Shown here in pieces: positions 1 to 9,017 of a stretch of DNA of 58,565 nucleotides. A program made the position numbers and the translations under genes. Source of the stretch: Candidatus Hadarchaeota archaeon (GTDB lineage: Archaea; CAYQAE01; CAYVLA01); assembly GCA_964621445.1 (NCBI GenBank), contig CAZUNO010000018.1, forward strand, positions 1 to 58,565. The letters run 5' to 3'. The stretch's first letter is position 1, and every line of letters begins with the position of its first letter. The notes under the pieces were generated by a model. The model was not told where the DNA came from, made no database searches, and saw only the letters and a program-made list of their open reading frames with translations.

Positions 1-97
1 TCCGAAGATAACTTACCTGTAAAAAAAGAACTAAAAAGGATGAATTTTTAATTCCAAAAACGCCCTAAAAAATTGCTTGTCTTAGCAGGAAGACGAA

Positions 98-795
98 ATG
101 GGTTTCACACCTCTGTTGGTGGTGGGGTGGTTAAGCTTACTGATTCCTTCCGCTATCCAGGTAATGCTTCCTCACGCAAATTACAACAGGGTGGAAGTCA
201 AGAATGATCCTGTGGCAAAGCAATTACTCGAGAAGCTGCGAAAGAAGGGGTTGGGCACTGCCTTTCATCCGAGATCATTCTGCCATTGCATGATTAACCA
301 GATGGATCTAGGATACTATGGCGAGGCCAAATTTCACGCAGATACACTGGTAGACACAATACTGCTCCAATCACAAGGTAGCTCAATCCACGTAACCAAC
401 TAAATCTTTGATGAGAGAATGCAAGTCTTGCTACCATTCCTGAAGCAACAAGTGAAAAAAGAAATCCTCTTGATGATAAAGAAGTCAAGTAGGTAGAAGA
501 AGTCTCAAAGGAGACCTCAACATCGCCAACAGCAACCAACTGGAGGCTTAGACCCCGATTTGTAGCATTCACAGACATATACAAGTCGTTAAGTAAAGTG
601 GCGGTGAAGAACCTCCAGGATTACATCAAGGCTAAACACTACGCCGAAGGGAGAGGAAGAATTGTTAGAAACAAGGAAAAAAGAAGATTGATTAACTCCG
701 TCCTCTTCATTCCACTGAACGAAGGATTATCACCCAAGAAACATCACATTTCTCTAATAATCCTGTTCGGTTACATGTCCTTCAAGCATCGGTGA
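98..795 (+). pseudogene. Degraded coding remnant, possibly TnpB-like (IS200/IS605 family)
   Basis: Short broken ORFs in several frames. The segment KVAVKNLQDYIKAKHYAEGRGRIVRNKEKRRLINS (595-699) resembles the RuvC-II region and basic helix of TnpB. No intact catalytic motifs. Confidence 0.25.
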
Positions 796-1060
796 AAAGA
801 TACCCGGTCGGCTGGTTATCATCTATCTCCAAGCTGTAAATCTCTGTGTTCGAGTCTGGTCCACCTAGAGGAGTCTCCGTCCAGGACCCTGTATCTGTAC
901 CCTTGTGTGCCGAAATCGCGGTCAACTTGAAACCATTTTGAGGATTCGGTAGTTCCTAGTACACCACACGACAAATTCGGCGGATCACACAAACACACTG
1001 CCCGTCCAGGAGGAACTCCATCATCTCTTTCCTGTCCCGGATTTTGGGACAAAACATTTC

Positions 1061-1068
1061 TATATAAA
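1061..1068 (+). promoter_or_regulatory. Archaeal TATA box upstream of the gene at 1099
   Basis: TATATAAA ending about 30 nt before the GTG start. A G-rich tract at 1088-1093 precedes the start. Confidence 0.5.
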
Positions 1069-1098
1069 CCACCCTAAAATCCACTCTGGGGGGTTTGT

Positions 1099-1728
1099 GT
1101 GAGTCATAGAGGAATTTATTTTCTTGGCATTTTAATTATCGTTCCCATACTATTTGGATCCGTTCTAGCGACTCGTCGCCATGCGGGCTACACTGGGAGT
1201 TACATGGAAGAATGGGGGGTGTCCGGTAGGATTTATACAATAAACCCAAATGTCATATCTAGCACTCTTGTTGAGTGGGTTAGCGTAGTATTGAGTTATG
1301 ACGGCCCATATTAGGTACAACTCGGCTACGCCAAGAGACCATGGTGGCAGGGAGGACGGACCTATTATAGGGAGACGGAAAATTCGAACTATTACAGTCG
1401 CAGGTTTTTTGGCAGCCCATCGGCCCTTAGTTGGCATACATACCTAATAAAACCCCTCAGCTACGATACTTGGGAATGCTACATCGACGGATCTTACGAG
1501 GGTGGTTTTGCCAACGTAGAGCCTTGGAACACGGAGGATTTACAGGCGATGGTGGAGACCTTTGCATCGTATATTAGGATAGATGGTTCCGAATTCAAAT
1601 ACCTCAAATATTATGACATAGATAATGGTAATTGGTATTCCTGGTATCAACATTATAGTTATGCAGATGACCCCTATTGGGTTGAACAACTGGGCCATTC
1701 CTGGTTCAGGGCATATGGAGGTGGTTAA
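1099..1728 (+). pseudogene. Secreted beta-rich protein resembling glutamic peptidases (G1/neprosin-like), interrupted by an in-frame TAG at 1312-1314
   Basis: N-terminal signal peptide. The frame continues past the TAG (SYDGPY*VQLGYAKRPWW...DLQAMVETF...WFRAYGGG) with no further stop until TAA at 1726-1728. Trp/Tyr-rich; WVSV, VQLG and AMVE segments resemble eqolisin motifs. Confidence 0.6.
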
Positions 1729-2323
1729 CCTGAAGACAAGGATTAAAGTAGTCATCGGGATGGCATTGGTCGTTGGGATCGTTATAGTTACTGCTCCACT
1801 TCTAATGAAAAGCCCAGTAAGCCAACCCGCGCCCTTTCCTATGGATACCGCCGAAAAGCTCAATGTAGAGCAGCTCGCAGACAAGGGATTTCCTGGGAAT
1901 ATAATGCTCCCAACCTGGATGCCCGGTCAGATTAAATTACGAGAGATATACTTTGCCGGTGTTGCTATTTTGGTCTACAGCGATGAAGATGTCCGGGATT
2001 ACCGTGATGACGATATCACTATTGAGATCAAGAAGAGCAACTTCTCACCAACACCAGAAAAACTCAAGGAGCATACTTCTGGTGAGGTTCTAAAGGTCAA
2101 TGATTTCTGGATAGTACTTCTTGAGAATGCGAGGCCCGGCCCAAATCATAGAGAACGGGGCATAGAACCGATCTTAACCTATTTCTGGCATGATGGCTTC
2201 TACTACATTATCACAGCCAACAAGGCCCAGACAACCCGAGAAGATATGATGAGAATCATGGAGAACATGAACCCAATTGGGCCGGAGACCCTTAGAAAGG
2301 CCACCGACAGTGCCGCTGCATGA
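1715..2323 (+). CDS. Membrane-anchored extracellular protein, DUF4367-like
   Basis: One N-terminal TM helix (VVIGMALVVGIVIVTAPLL), an LPTWMPG motif and a C-terminal YFWHDGFYYII...EDMMRIMENM pattern. It overlaps the end of the upstream gene; the start is probably near 1715-1730, not 1625. Confidence 0.65.
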   Translation: MEVVNLKTRIKVVIGMALVVGIVIVTAPLLMKSPVSQPAPFPMDTAEKLNVEQLADKGFPGNIMLPTWMPGQIKLREIYFAGVAILVYSDEDVRDYRDDDITIEIKKSNFSPTPEKLKEHTSGEVLKVNDFWIVLLENARPGPNHRERGIEPILTYFWHDGFYYIITANKAQTTREDMMRIMENMNPIGPETLRKATDSAAA

Positions 2324-2394
2324 ACCATATCCACCCGCCAGCGGTCAGAAGAACTAGTGATAAGCTAGTGGGGGGAGGCGTTATTGGGACATAA

Positions 2395-2595
2395 TTATTG
2401 TTTTGGTGTTGTTCGGGTTGTGAAGAGCTTGTGGAGTACTGCTAGTGCGAGGGTGGCGGTTCTTCTTCTTTCCTCTCGGCGTTGTCTGATTTCCGGTCCG
2501 AAACACTCTTTGTCGGCTGAGAACATGGCTTCAACCAGGCTTCGCCGATGATACTTCTGGAGATAGACCTGGGGATCCTCGAATGCGGCGGAGCA
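2395..2595 (-). pseudogene. C-terminal fragment of an IS4/IS5-like (YREK) DDE transposase
   Basis: Translates to AFEDPQVYLQKYHRRSLVEAMFSADKECFGPEIRQRREERRRTATLALAVLHKLF..., which carries the Y-x2-R-x3-E-x6-K signature. No N-terminus. Confidence 0.75.
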
Positions 2596-2596
2596 C

Positions 2597-2847
2597 GCCT
2601 ACCAAAACATGCTCCTCTCCTTCATCAAGGACCACCAGAAATGGCTTGAGGAGTACCGCAAGAGATGCATCTTAGAAACCTTGTTCCGTCTCTGAAAAGA
2701 AGATTCCACACACCAACGCAGAAAAATCAGAACCAGAAGAAAACTAGAAGTAATAGCCAGAATATGTGCCCACAACCTAACCCAACTACCCTACGCCACC
2801 CGGACCAAAAACCTTCAACCACCACTCAAAACAAAAACAAAAAATAA
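2597..2847 (+). pseudogene. Frameshifted C-terminal fragment of an IS5-like DDE transposase
   Basis: Joining frames gives AYQNMLLSFIKDHQKWLEEYRKRCILETLF / SLKRRFHTP / RKIRTRRKLEVIARICAHNL, a YREK region plus the terminal HNL helix, with two frameshifts. Confidence 0.7.
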
Positions 2848-2904
2848 TGTCCCACAGACCCCAGCGCGGAAACATTAAAGAACTGCCCTTACTCCACCCA
2901 TGTA

Positions 2905-2975
2905 ACGGGTCGGGAAAGGCGTCTATTTCTTCCACAATCCCCCCAAACACAATCCCCCCACCTTTCCCGGCCTTA
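2905..2975 (+). ncRNA. Candidate structured small RNA: 12-bp stem enclosing a duplicated C-rich 13-mer
   Basis: GGTCGGGAAAGG (2908-2919) pairs with CCTTTCCCGGCC (2961-2972) with one G-U. The loop contains CACAATCCCCCCA twice (2933-2945, 2948-2960). A weak TATA-like ATTAAAG lies at about 2874 and a pyrimidine-rich tract at about 2998-3013. Confidence 0.3.
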
Positions 2976-3203
2976 ATTACTCAGCATTCAAAATCCATTT
3001 CTTTTCCTTTCTTAGCTACCGCTTGAAGAATTAGAATAATGACTAGTTAGGATGTTCGGAGTGGGCTCTGTTGGGGCTTCTTTTCAAGTTTACCTACCGC
3101 AAAACAGGGCATGCCGCCTGAAATTGTCCATGCGAACATTGAACAGCAAAAATGGGTCATATAGGGCTTTATTCGTCGGCCGACAATTGGATAACCGTTC
3201 TAG

Positions 3204-3290
3204 AAAAAAAGCAAAATTTTTCGAAAACCCTCGAAAACCGGTCCATAAGCCCGAAAAGACGTCATTTCTGTCCTAAAATCGGGAAAAGTT
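3204..3290. repeat. Helically phased A-tracts with a tandem 10-mer
   Basis: A-tracts start at 3204, 3213, 3224, 3234, 3254, 3275 and 3284. TCGAAAACC(C/G) is repeated at 3221-3240. Confidence 0.5.
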
Positions 3291-3545
3291 TCCCTTATCG
3301 CCCGGCTCAAGCAACCTAATATCCATAGCATGGCCCTTGCTTGAGCGAATGAATCCCATACACAAAAATTCTCGCAAAAAAAGACCGCAACAACCACCAA
3401 ATCAGAAAACAAGGCCAGAGAGTAGCGACTCCCGAGCCTCTTAAGAAAAATTTGAAAAAAATAGAGAAAACATCATGGCAGGGGATACGAATGAGCATCC
3501 CGTATCTACCATGATGCGGCTTGAATTTAGACCCGAACGGTGCTT

Positions 3546-4820
3546 CTACGGAACCAGGCTCAGATCGCCCTTGTACGCGGCTTCCAAGGTCGGCCTCATG
3601 AGGTTGTCCACGTCACCGGCCTCAGCATCCATAGGCTTGGGCATGTTCTGGAGTTTCATCTTCAGCTGCGGATTCTTGGCGGCCTCTATCATCACGTCTA
3701 TCCTCTCCTCCTCCACGCCTGCTTCCTTCAGGCTGAGAGGATAGTCAATGCTGTCCATCAGGGACAGCATACCATTTGCCACCGCCTCAGCAAGCTCTCT
3801 TCCGGAGAGTTTCTCCGTATCCTTGTCAAGAAATCCTGCTTCCTCAAATGTGGGGGCTAACTGTTTCAGCTGATCCTGAATTGCCTCTGAGAACAGAACA
3901 GTATAATAGGGATTTAGTATGGCGCAGGCCCTTCCGTGTGGCATTACATCCACCAAAGAGAAACTGCCCAGATGTCCACCATTTGTACCTCCTAGCATAA
4001 TGCTGTATCCACCAAGGTCGGTTGCCAGGCCTAGCGCATATCGAGCTTCCAGATCGCTTCCATCCTCTACAACGTCGGGAAGATTGTTCACCACTAGCTC
4101 TATGCTGAGTCCGGCTACATCGCATACCCTTTCATAGTAGGGCTTCCCGGTAGCTCCCATCCATACCTCCCAGCTGTGGGCGACTCCGTCGAGGGCGCCG
4201 TCCTTGGTGAAACCCTCGGGCATCGTCTCTGTGACGTCATACTGGAAGACCGAGGCCCTGGGAACTATGGACTCATCCACTATCAGCTTCTTCTGGCCGG
4301 TCTTAACATCGGTAATATTTGAGTACTTTGTCAGATGGGCACTGGAGCTACTGGCAGTCTGAATGGCAACGAGGGGGATCTGCTCTCCGCCAGATTTCTC
4401 GGTTACTAGACCGGTTCCGAAGTAGTCGTCAATAACTCCTCCATATAACTTGAGGACCAAAGCTGATTTGGCGGCATCTATGGTGCTGCCGCCACCGACA
4501 ACGACCACTCCATCCATGTCCACCCTGGATATCTGGTAGGCAAGCCGGAAAAGGTCCTCCCGGGGTGCATTAGGATCGGCACCATCATACACGTCAACGA
4601 TCTCTACACCGGAAGACTTCAGAGACTTCTCTATTTCCTCGTGGACCGGTCCACCCTTGATGTAGGTATCCGCGACTATCCCTACCTTATCCCCGAGCCG
4701 ATCGGAGGCGAAGGGACCAACCTGCTTAAGCGCACCGTCACCAAATGCATAGTTGTCTCCTTTAAACTCCCTTAGTAGTTCCTCAGCTCTTTCCTTATTC
4801 TTCGGATCCAATGAATTCAC
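3546..4820 (-). CDS. Iron-containing alcohol dehydrogenase family protein
   Basis: GGGSTIDAAK NAD-binding motif; DGVAH, GGH and PHG metal-ligand residues. Confidence 0.9.
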   Translation of the reverse strand: MNSLDPKNKERAEELLREFKGDNYAFGDGALKQVGPFASDRLGDKVGIVADTYIKGGPVHEEIEKSLKSSGVEIVDVYDGADPNAPREDLFRLAYQISRVDMDGVVVVGGGSTIDAAKSALVLKLYGGVIDDYFGTGLVTEKSGGEQIPLVAIQTASSSSAHLTKYSNITDVKTGQKKLIVDESIVPRASVFQYDVTETMPEGFTKDGALDGVAHSWEVWMGATGKPYYERVCDVAGLSIELVVNNLPDVVEDGSDLEARYALGLATDLGGYSIMLGGTNGGHLGSFSLVDVMPHGRACAILNPYYTVLFSEAIQDQLKQLAPTFEEAGFLDKDTEKLSGRELAEAVANGMLSLMDSIDYPLSLKEAGVEEERIDVMIEAAKNPQLKMKLQNMPKPMDAEAGDVDNLMRPTLEAAYKGDLSLVP

Positions 4821-4896
4821 CTTAATTCTGGGTACTTGTTTGAGTTTCTTAAATGGTGCCCAAATTTATCTACCAAGATATACTTTTTGCGAGGTT

Positions 4897-7632
4897 TTAT
4901 ACCATTTCACCGAGGGCGACGATCATATCTCCAATCCGCTTCCTTGTTTCCAATAACTCGGCTGGATTGTCCGTATATTCCCTAAACCCAGAACAGATAC
5001 CTTCGGCCACCGCCAATAAATCCCTTGCCTCGTTCAGGCCGGCAATATCATCAAAATCCCGTTTTCCTTCGAACCGTGCCACACGTTGATTGAGGAGGGA
5101 TAGCATTTCATAGTCCTCAATACCATGCCGAATACATTCCATTCTGACCGAACTCAAGGGCCCACCATTCGGCCCTGGATAAATGAGCTGACCATCGCCA
5201 TTCGTGGCCGTGGGGCCGGTATAGGTATTCCAGGGGACATTCGGCCACCTTCGCCCACTATCAATTTCATCTCTCATTTTTTCATCCGGCAATGCCGCAA
5301 CCTCCCTATCCATCTCAGGTTGTCCGTGGCAATTGCTTGACCAAAGATTGATGCAGTAATAGAGGAAACCGGATATTCCGTACTTCCACATCTGCCAGAA
5401 GATAATTCTATGATCTATAGCCGGATAATCCACGAACATGTTTGGAAAGGGGTGCCTTGGCCACATGCTTACATAACACCAAAGGTCATCTCCAGCCCTT
5501 CGCCTTTCTTCATACAAATCGCCCATTCTGTCAATTTGGGGTATCCAGATGTCAATGGTTCCAAAAATTTTCGGTAGGTCGTGTTCCGGACCTATTGTAC
5601 ACGCCCTGGGTAAATCGGGATAATGACGATTCACCTCCTGGTAGCCATTCCTCAGTTTGTGGTAATCCGGAGGAGTCACCTCATCGAAACCATAGACGTA
5701 GGCCCATCTGCTCCAACCCGTTTTCCTTAGAAAGTTCATGTATTTCGAAATATCTTTCATCCATTTCTCCACATTACATTCCTTCAGATAACCCATCGAT
5801 ATAACATTCCCGCCACGGGACATTACTCTCTCGAGGTCCTCCATACGTGGTCTGGGAGATGTCTCGTACTGGCAGGAAGGGCTAATCCTTCTATTTAGGA
5901 GGAAACTGTAATAGGCCCATCTCTGGTCCTTGTCCATTTCCCTCCCGTAATATTCCTCTATCTCCCTCTCAAACATGGGAAATGCCGTTCTCAAGGAGGA
6001 TCGAACTGGCAACTCAAAATCCCAAACTGTAAGCTCGATGGGAAGCTTCAGAATGGCGTCACCTGAACTCTTAACCACAAACTCGCTGGTGTACATACCT
6101 GGCTTTGCATTCGGAGGCACATTGACCGTGACCCACCACACCTCCTGTTCTCCCTTCTTCACATCGATCGGTTCCGGAGGGAGCAAAGGATCAGGCCATC
6201 GCCCCACATGTTCAACCGTATATCTTGGCTTTCTCGTGCAAACGTATCCAACCCTCCACAATTCAACGGATTCAGAGCCCAGGATTTCAGATTCAGGTCC
6301 TAAGAAGGGGTTGATTTCCACCACACAATTCACCAGATCCGAGTCAAAGGGCAGAATGATGAATTGTCCAGAGTCGCTCCCTCTTTTTCCCGCCCTTAGA
6401 ACCATCTTTTCCTCAAGTAAATTAGGAAGAGGGAGGTCGGGGCATAACTTCTCCATTCCGGATGTGCTTAACAGAGCCCAATGCACATCAGGGTTGGATA
6501 AAGCTGCCCTCTGCCTCAGGAGGCTGAAATTCCGGATCAGTATTATCAGGTCCCCCTCCAGATAATTCCAAACTTCGGCGTGGGTAGTGCCTTCCAGTTT
6601 TTCCCTGAGAATGGCAAGATCGTTTCTAAGGACAGCCAATTCGTTTTCCAAGATTCTCGACTCGACCTCAAGTTCGGAGACTTTGCATTGAAGTTTCTCA
6701 ATCTGAGGAAGTAACCGATTAAAACCTGGGTTGAGGGGCCATGCGGCAATCCGCTTCCCCTCTCCCGATTTTACCTCGAACAACATCTCGCCGCCATCTC
6801 GAGGATTGAAGGATATGCTTGCAGTCATGGACCCCTCGTGTATTATCTTCGAATCACGGGCCAAAAACGACCCTCCGGATAGGACTTCCATAATTATCTT
6901 CCTCGAACTGGCCTCCCTTTGAAGTAAGCTAAACTCCACTTCTCCATTTCCCGGTTCCACCCGACATCTGGCAAACCCAGCGCAGAGGCCATCTCCTCCA
7001 AATGCCACCTGTCCGTACCTAGCGGGTATATCCGACCTACCCAGATACATGACCGACCAGGATGAGTTATCCTCCTGGCGTTTCAATTCATGTCTGAATA
7101 GGTTCATTCTCCAAATGGATCCCTTTTCAGGCCTGTTAACACCCAAATCTCGGTAAGGTATCCTGAGAGAGAAGCTCCACCCCTCATCACCTGAATCATG
7201 CAATAACTTGATTCCTGATGGGGACCATTCTCCAGGGGCGCCCTCCCCGCCAGCCATCATGTCTACCATTCCTCCGGGGCTCAGTCTAATTCTGAAACCC
7301 ATCTCTCTCCCTGGCGTGGGATTGAGAATTATCCGCAGCTGCTCGTGTTCATCTTGGCTTTCTACTATATCCGTTCTCCCATGTTGGGGCTTCCATAGCC
7401 TACCGGCCATAATCAAGGCTTCATGATCGTAGGAAATCCAGAACTGAGATCTGTCTGGACTCTCGGTCCCATCAATATAATTTAGCAGGTTTGGGATCTC
7501 CATCATTCTATTTAGTTCGCTTTCCTCAAATGGTAAGTGGGGTTGACCTAGAACGGGGGTCTCGGGTATGGTTATTCTAGGAACGGGACAATCGTAATAC
7601 TCTTCCTCCATGGGATAATTGAAGTTGAACAT
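4897..7632 (-). CDS. Glycoside hydrolase, GH123/DUF4091-like, with N-terminal CBM9-like domain
   Basis: N-terminal WSFSLRIPY...WRMNLFR sugar-binding pattern; WPDPL, LTVWDFELP, YGFDE, GFLYY and NGDGQLIYPG...SSVRMECIRHGIEDYE motifs. Confidence 0.75.
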   Translation of the reverse strand: MFNFNYPMEEEYYDCPVPRITIPETPVLGQPHLPFEESELNRMMEIPNLLNYIDGTESPDRSQFWISYDHEALIMAGRLWKPQHGRTDIVESQDEHEQLRIILNPTPGREMGFRIRLSPGGMVDMMAGGEGAPGEWSPSGIKLLHDSGDEGWSFSLRIPYRDLGVNRPEKGSIWRMNLFRHELKRQEDNSSWSVMYLGRSDIPARYGQVAFGGDGLCAGFARCRVEPGNGEVEFSLLQREASSRKIIMEVLSGGSFLARDSKIIHEGSMTASISFNPRDGGEMLFEVKSGEGKRIAAWPLNPGFNRLLPQIEKLQCKVSELEVESRILENELAVLRNDLAILREKLEGTTHAEVWNYLEGDLIILIRNFSLLRQRAALSNPDVHWALLSTSGMEKLCPDLPLPNLLEEKMVLRAGKRGSDSGQFIILPFDSDLVNCVVEINPFLGPESEILGSESVELWRVGYVCTRKPRYTVEHVGRWPDPLLPPEPIDVKKGEQEVWWVTVNVPPNAKPGMYTSEFVVKSSGDAILKLPIELTVWDFELPVRSSLRTAFPMFEREIEEYYGREMDKDQRWAYYSFLLNRRISPSCQYETSPRPRMEDLERVMSRGGNVISMGYLKECNVEKWMKDISKYMNFLRKTGWSRWAYVYGFDEVTPPDYHKLRNGYQEVNRHYPDLPRACTIGPEHDLPKIFGTIDIWIPQIDRMGDLYEERRRAGDDLWCYVSMWPRHPFPNMFVDYPAIDHRIIFWQMWKYGISGFLYYCINLWSSNCHGQPEMDREVAALPDEKMRDEIDSGRRWPNVPWNTYTGPTATNGDGQLIYPGPNGGPLSSVRMECIRHGIEDYEMLSLLNQRVARFEGKRDFDDIAGLNEARDLLAVAEGICSGFREYTDNPAELLETRKRIGDMIVALGEMV

Positions 7633-7698
7633 GGCCCAACTTTACTCCAATAGTTCATAAAGGGCTTCGGACAATCCCGATCAGAAGAATAATGTGAA

Positions 7699-8439
7699 TT
7701 ATCCTGGATAACCGACTACTGTCATGTAAAGCGTGCTCTCTTCCGCTCCATCTACCCCGATGAGCTGGTTAACTTCCTGGTCATAGAAAGCACCTATTTG
7801 ACAGCTTCCGAGGTCCAGAGCTACCGCCGCTAAAGCCAGGTTCTGAGCAATGTGGCCAACATCCAGATACACGTACCTGTAAGCCCTTTGCTCATATTTC
7901 CATTTGGACCGCTCAAATACCCCCGTCCAGACGAATACCGCCGGGGCCCCGGAGGCCGATTCCTGATCCAAAGCCGCCTTTTTGGCTTCGGATGCGAAGT
8001 CCCCCTTCCTTAGCTGTTCTAGGGAATGGTTACCCACTGAATAATGGTAAATTCCCGAATCCAGATCGGGGGACCTATTGAGGATTAGGTATGTCTCAAC
8101 CGGGTAAAGGGCTCCCGCAGAGGGAGCAGTTCTAAATTCATGCCCCGACTTGATGGCGGAAACTCCCTGGCAGGACCAGAGCAAACGAGAGATCTCTTTT
8201 GAGCTCAGGCCAGTTTCCCTGAATCTCCTTACGCTCCTCCTGTCCGAAAGCACGGACCATATGCCAGCTCCCCCCTCAAAATCTACTTCCGGTAGCTTTA
8301 TCCTTGGGCTATCCGGATAATTTTTGTAGGTTTTGGGTTTTCTGGACCAATCAAGCCTTCTCCCGGAAAGCTTCCCCCTTTCATATTTGGTCTCCTTCTG
8401 GAATTCGTCGCCAGTTTTCTTACCCATCCTGTTACCCAA
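7699..8439 (-). CDS. SagB/ThcOx-family nitroreductase-fold flavoprotein
   Basis: RRSVRRF, RTAPSAGALYPVE, WKYEQRAYRY and GHIAQNL motifs. The start may be the ATG at 8427. Confidence 0.88.
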   Translation of the reverse strand: MGNRMGKKTGDEFQKETKYERGKLSGRRLDWSRKPKTYKNYPDSPRIKLPEVDFEGGAGIWSVLSDRRSVRRFRETGLSSKEISRLLWSCQGVSAIKSGHEFRTAPSAGALYPVETYLILNRSPDLDSGIYHYSVGNHSLEQLRKGDFASEAKKAALDQESASGAPAVFVWTGVFERSKWKYEQRAYRYVYLDVGHIAQNLALAAVALDLGSCQIGAFYDQEVNQLIGVDGAEESTLYMTVVGYPG

Positions 8440-8494
8440 TCTGGGCCCGCTTCCAGGGATTAAAATCTCTCATTCCAAACCTATTCGATGTCAA

Positions 8495-9010
8495 CTAACT
8501 GATTATAAGCTCCATTACAACCACATCTAGCCACATCCCGAACTTATACCCAATTTCCCTCAATATACCAACCTTTTGGAAGCCAAAATTGTTATGTAAA
8601 TTTATACTGGCCTCGTTTTTACCATCAATACGGGCGATGATTGCATGGTGTCCTGAATCCTTGGCCCTGTCAATTAAGTCCTCAAGAATTCTGGTTCCAA
8701 TCCCCTTCCGGCGATAACACTTACTCACGTAAACCGAATCCTCCACCGTACTGTGGTAGCAGGCACGCTCGTGGTAAGGTGACAAGCCACCCCAGCCCGC
8801 TATCTCGCCGCAAAGCTCGGCCACGACCACCGGATGGTTCTCCCCATGTTCCCCCAACCACACCCTCTTCTCTGTCAGCGTCTTGGCCACCGAGTCGAAG
8901 CTGGCCGTAGAATTTAGAACCGCATCATTGTAGATATCAGTGATCTCAGCCAGGTGATCCTCGCTTGCGGGAAGTATAACCAGGTCCTTCGCCGGCCCTT
9001 CGCAGACCAT
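8495..9010 (-). CDS. GNAT N-acetyltransferase (phosphinothricin acetyltransferase/MnaT-like)
   Basis: IYNDAV..STASF, VEDSVYV, RRKGIG, NEASINLH and GYKFGMWLD motifs. Confidence 0.88.
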   Translation of the reverse strand: MVCEGPAKDLVILPASEDHLAEITDIYNDAVLNSTASFDSVAKTLTEKRVWLGEHGENHPVVVAELCGEIAGWGGLSPYHERACYHSTVEDSVYVSKCYRRKGIGTRILEDLIDRAKDSGHHAIIARIDGKNEASINLHNNFGFQKVGILREIGYKFGMWLDVVVMELIIS

Positions 9011-9017
9011 TTAATCA

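Larger units (their letters stand above)
2385..2854. mobile_element. Composite non-autonomous IS remnant made of two divergent transposase 3' ends
   Basis: Bounded by the inverted sequences TGGGACAT (2385-2392) and ATGTCCCA (2847-2854). Contains two outward-pointing DDE transposase C-terminal fragments joined near 2596. Confidence 0.65.

Noticed and set aside
819-1052. Minus-strand ORF as a gene or as a decayed inverted paralogue of the 1099 gene (KWFQV and DLQ similarities)
   Set aside because: Only short, weak similarities that cannot be separated from chance without an alignment.
1540-1884. Minus-strand 114-aa ORF and the 1625-1714 extension of the DUF4367-like ORF
   Set aside because: Both overlap the read-through portion of the 1099-1728 gene and look like shadow frames.
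2665-2847. 60-aa ORF as an independent gene
   Set aside because: It is one frame of the frameshifted transposase remnant.
2933-3240. Short direct repeats as a CRISPR array or replication-origin ORB boxes
   Set aside because: Only two copies each of 10-13 bp, no spacer structure, no ORB consensus and no cas or cdc6 gene in the window.
7699-8439. SagB-like gene as part of a thiazole/oxazole RiPP cluster
   Set aside because: No YcaO, E1-like protein or precursor peptide nearby; stand-alone SagB-like flavoproteins are common in archaea.
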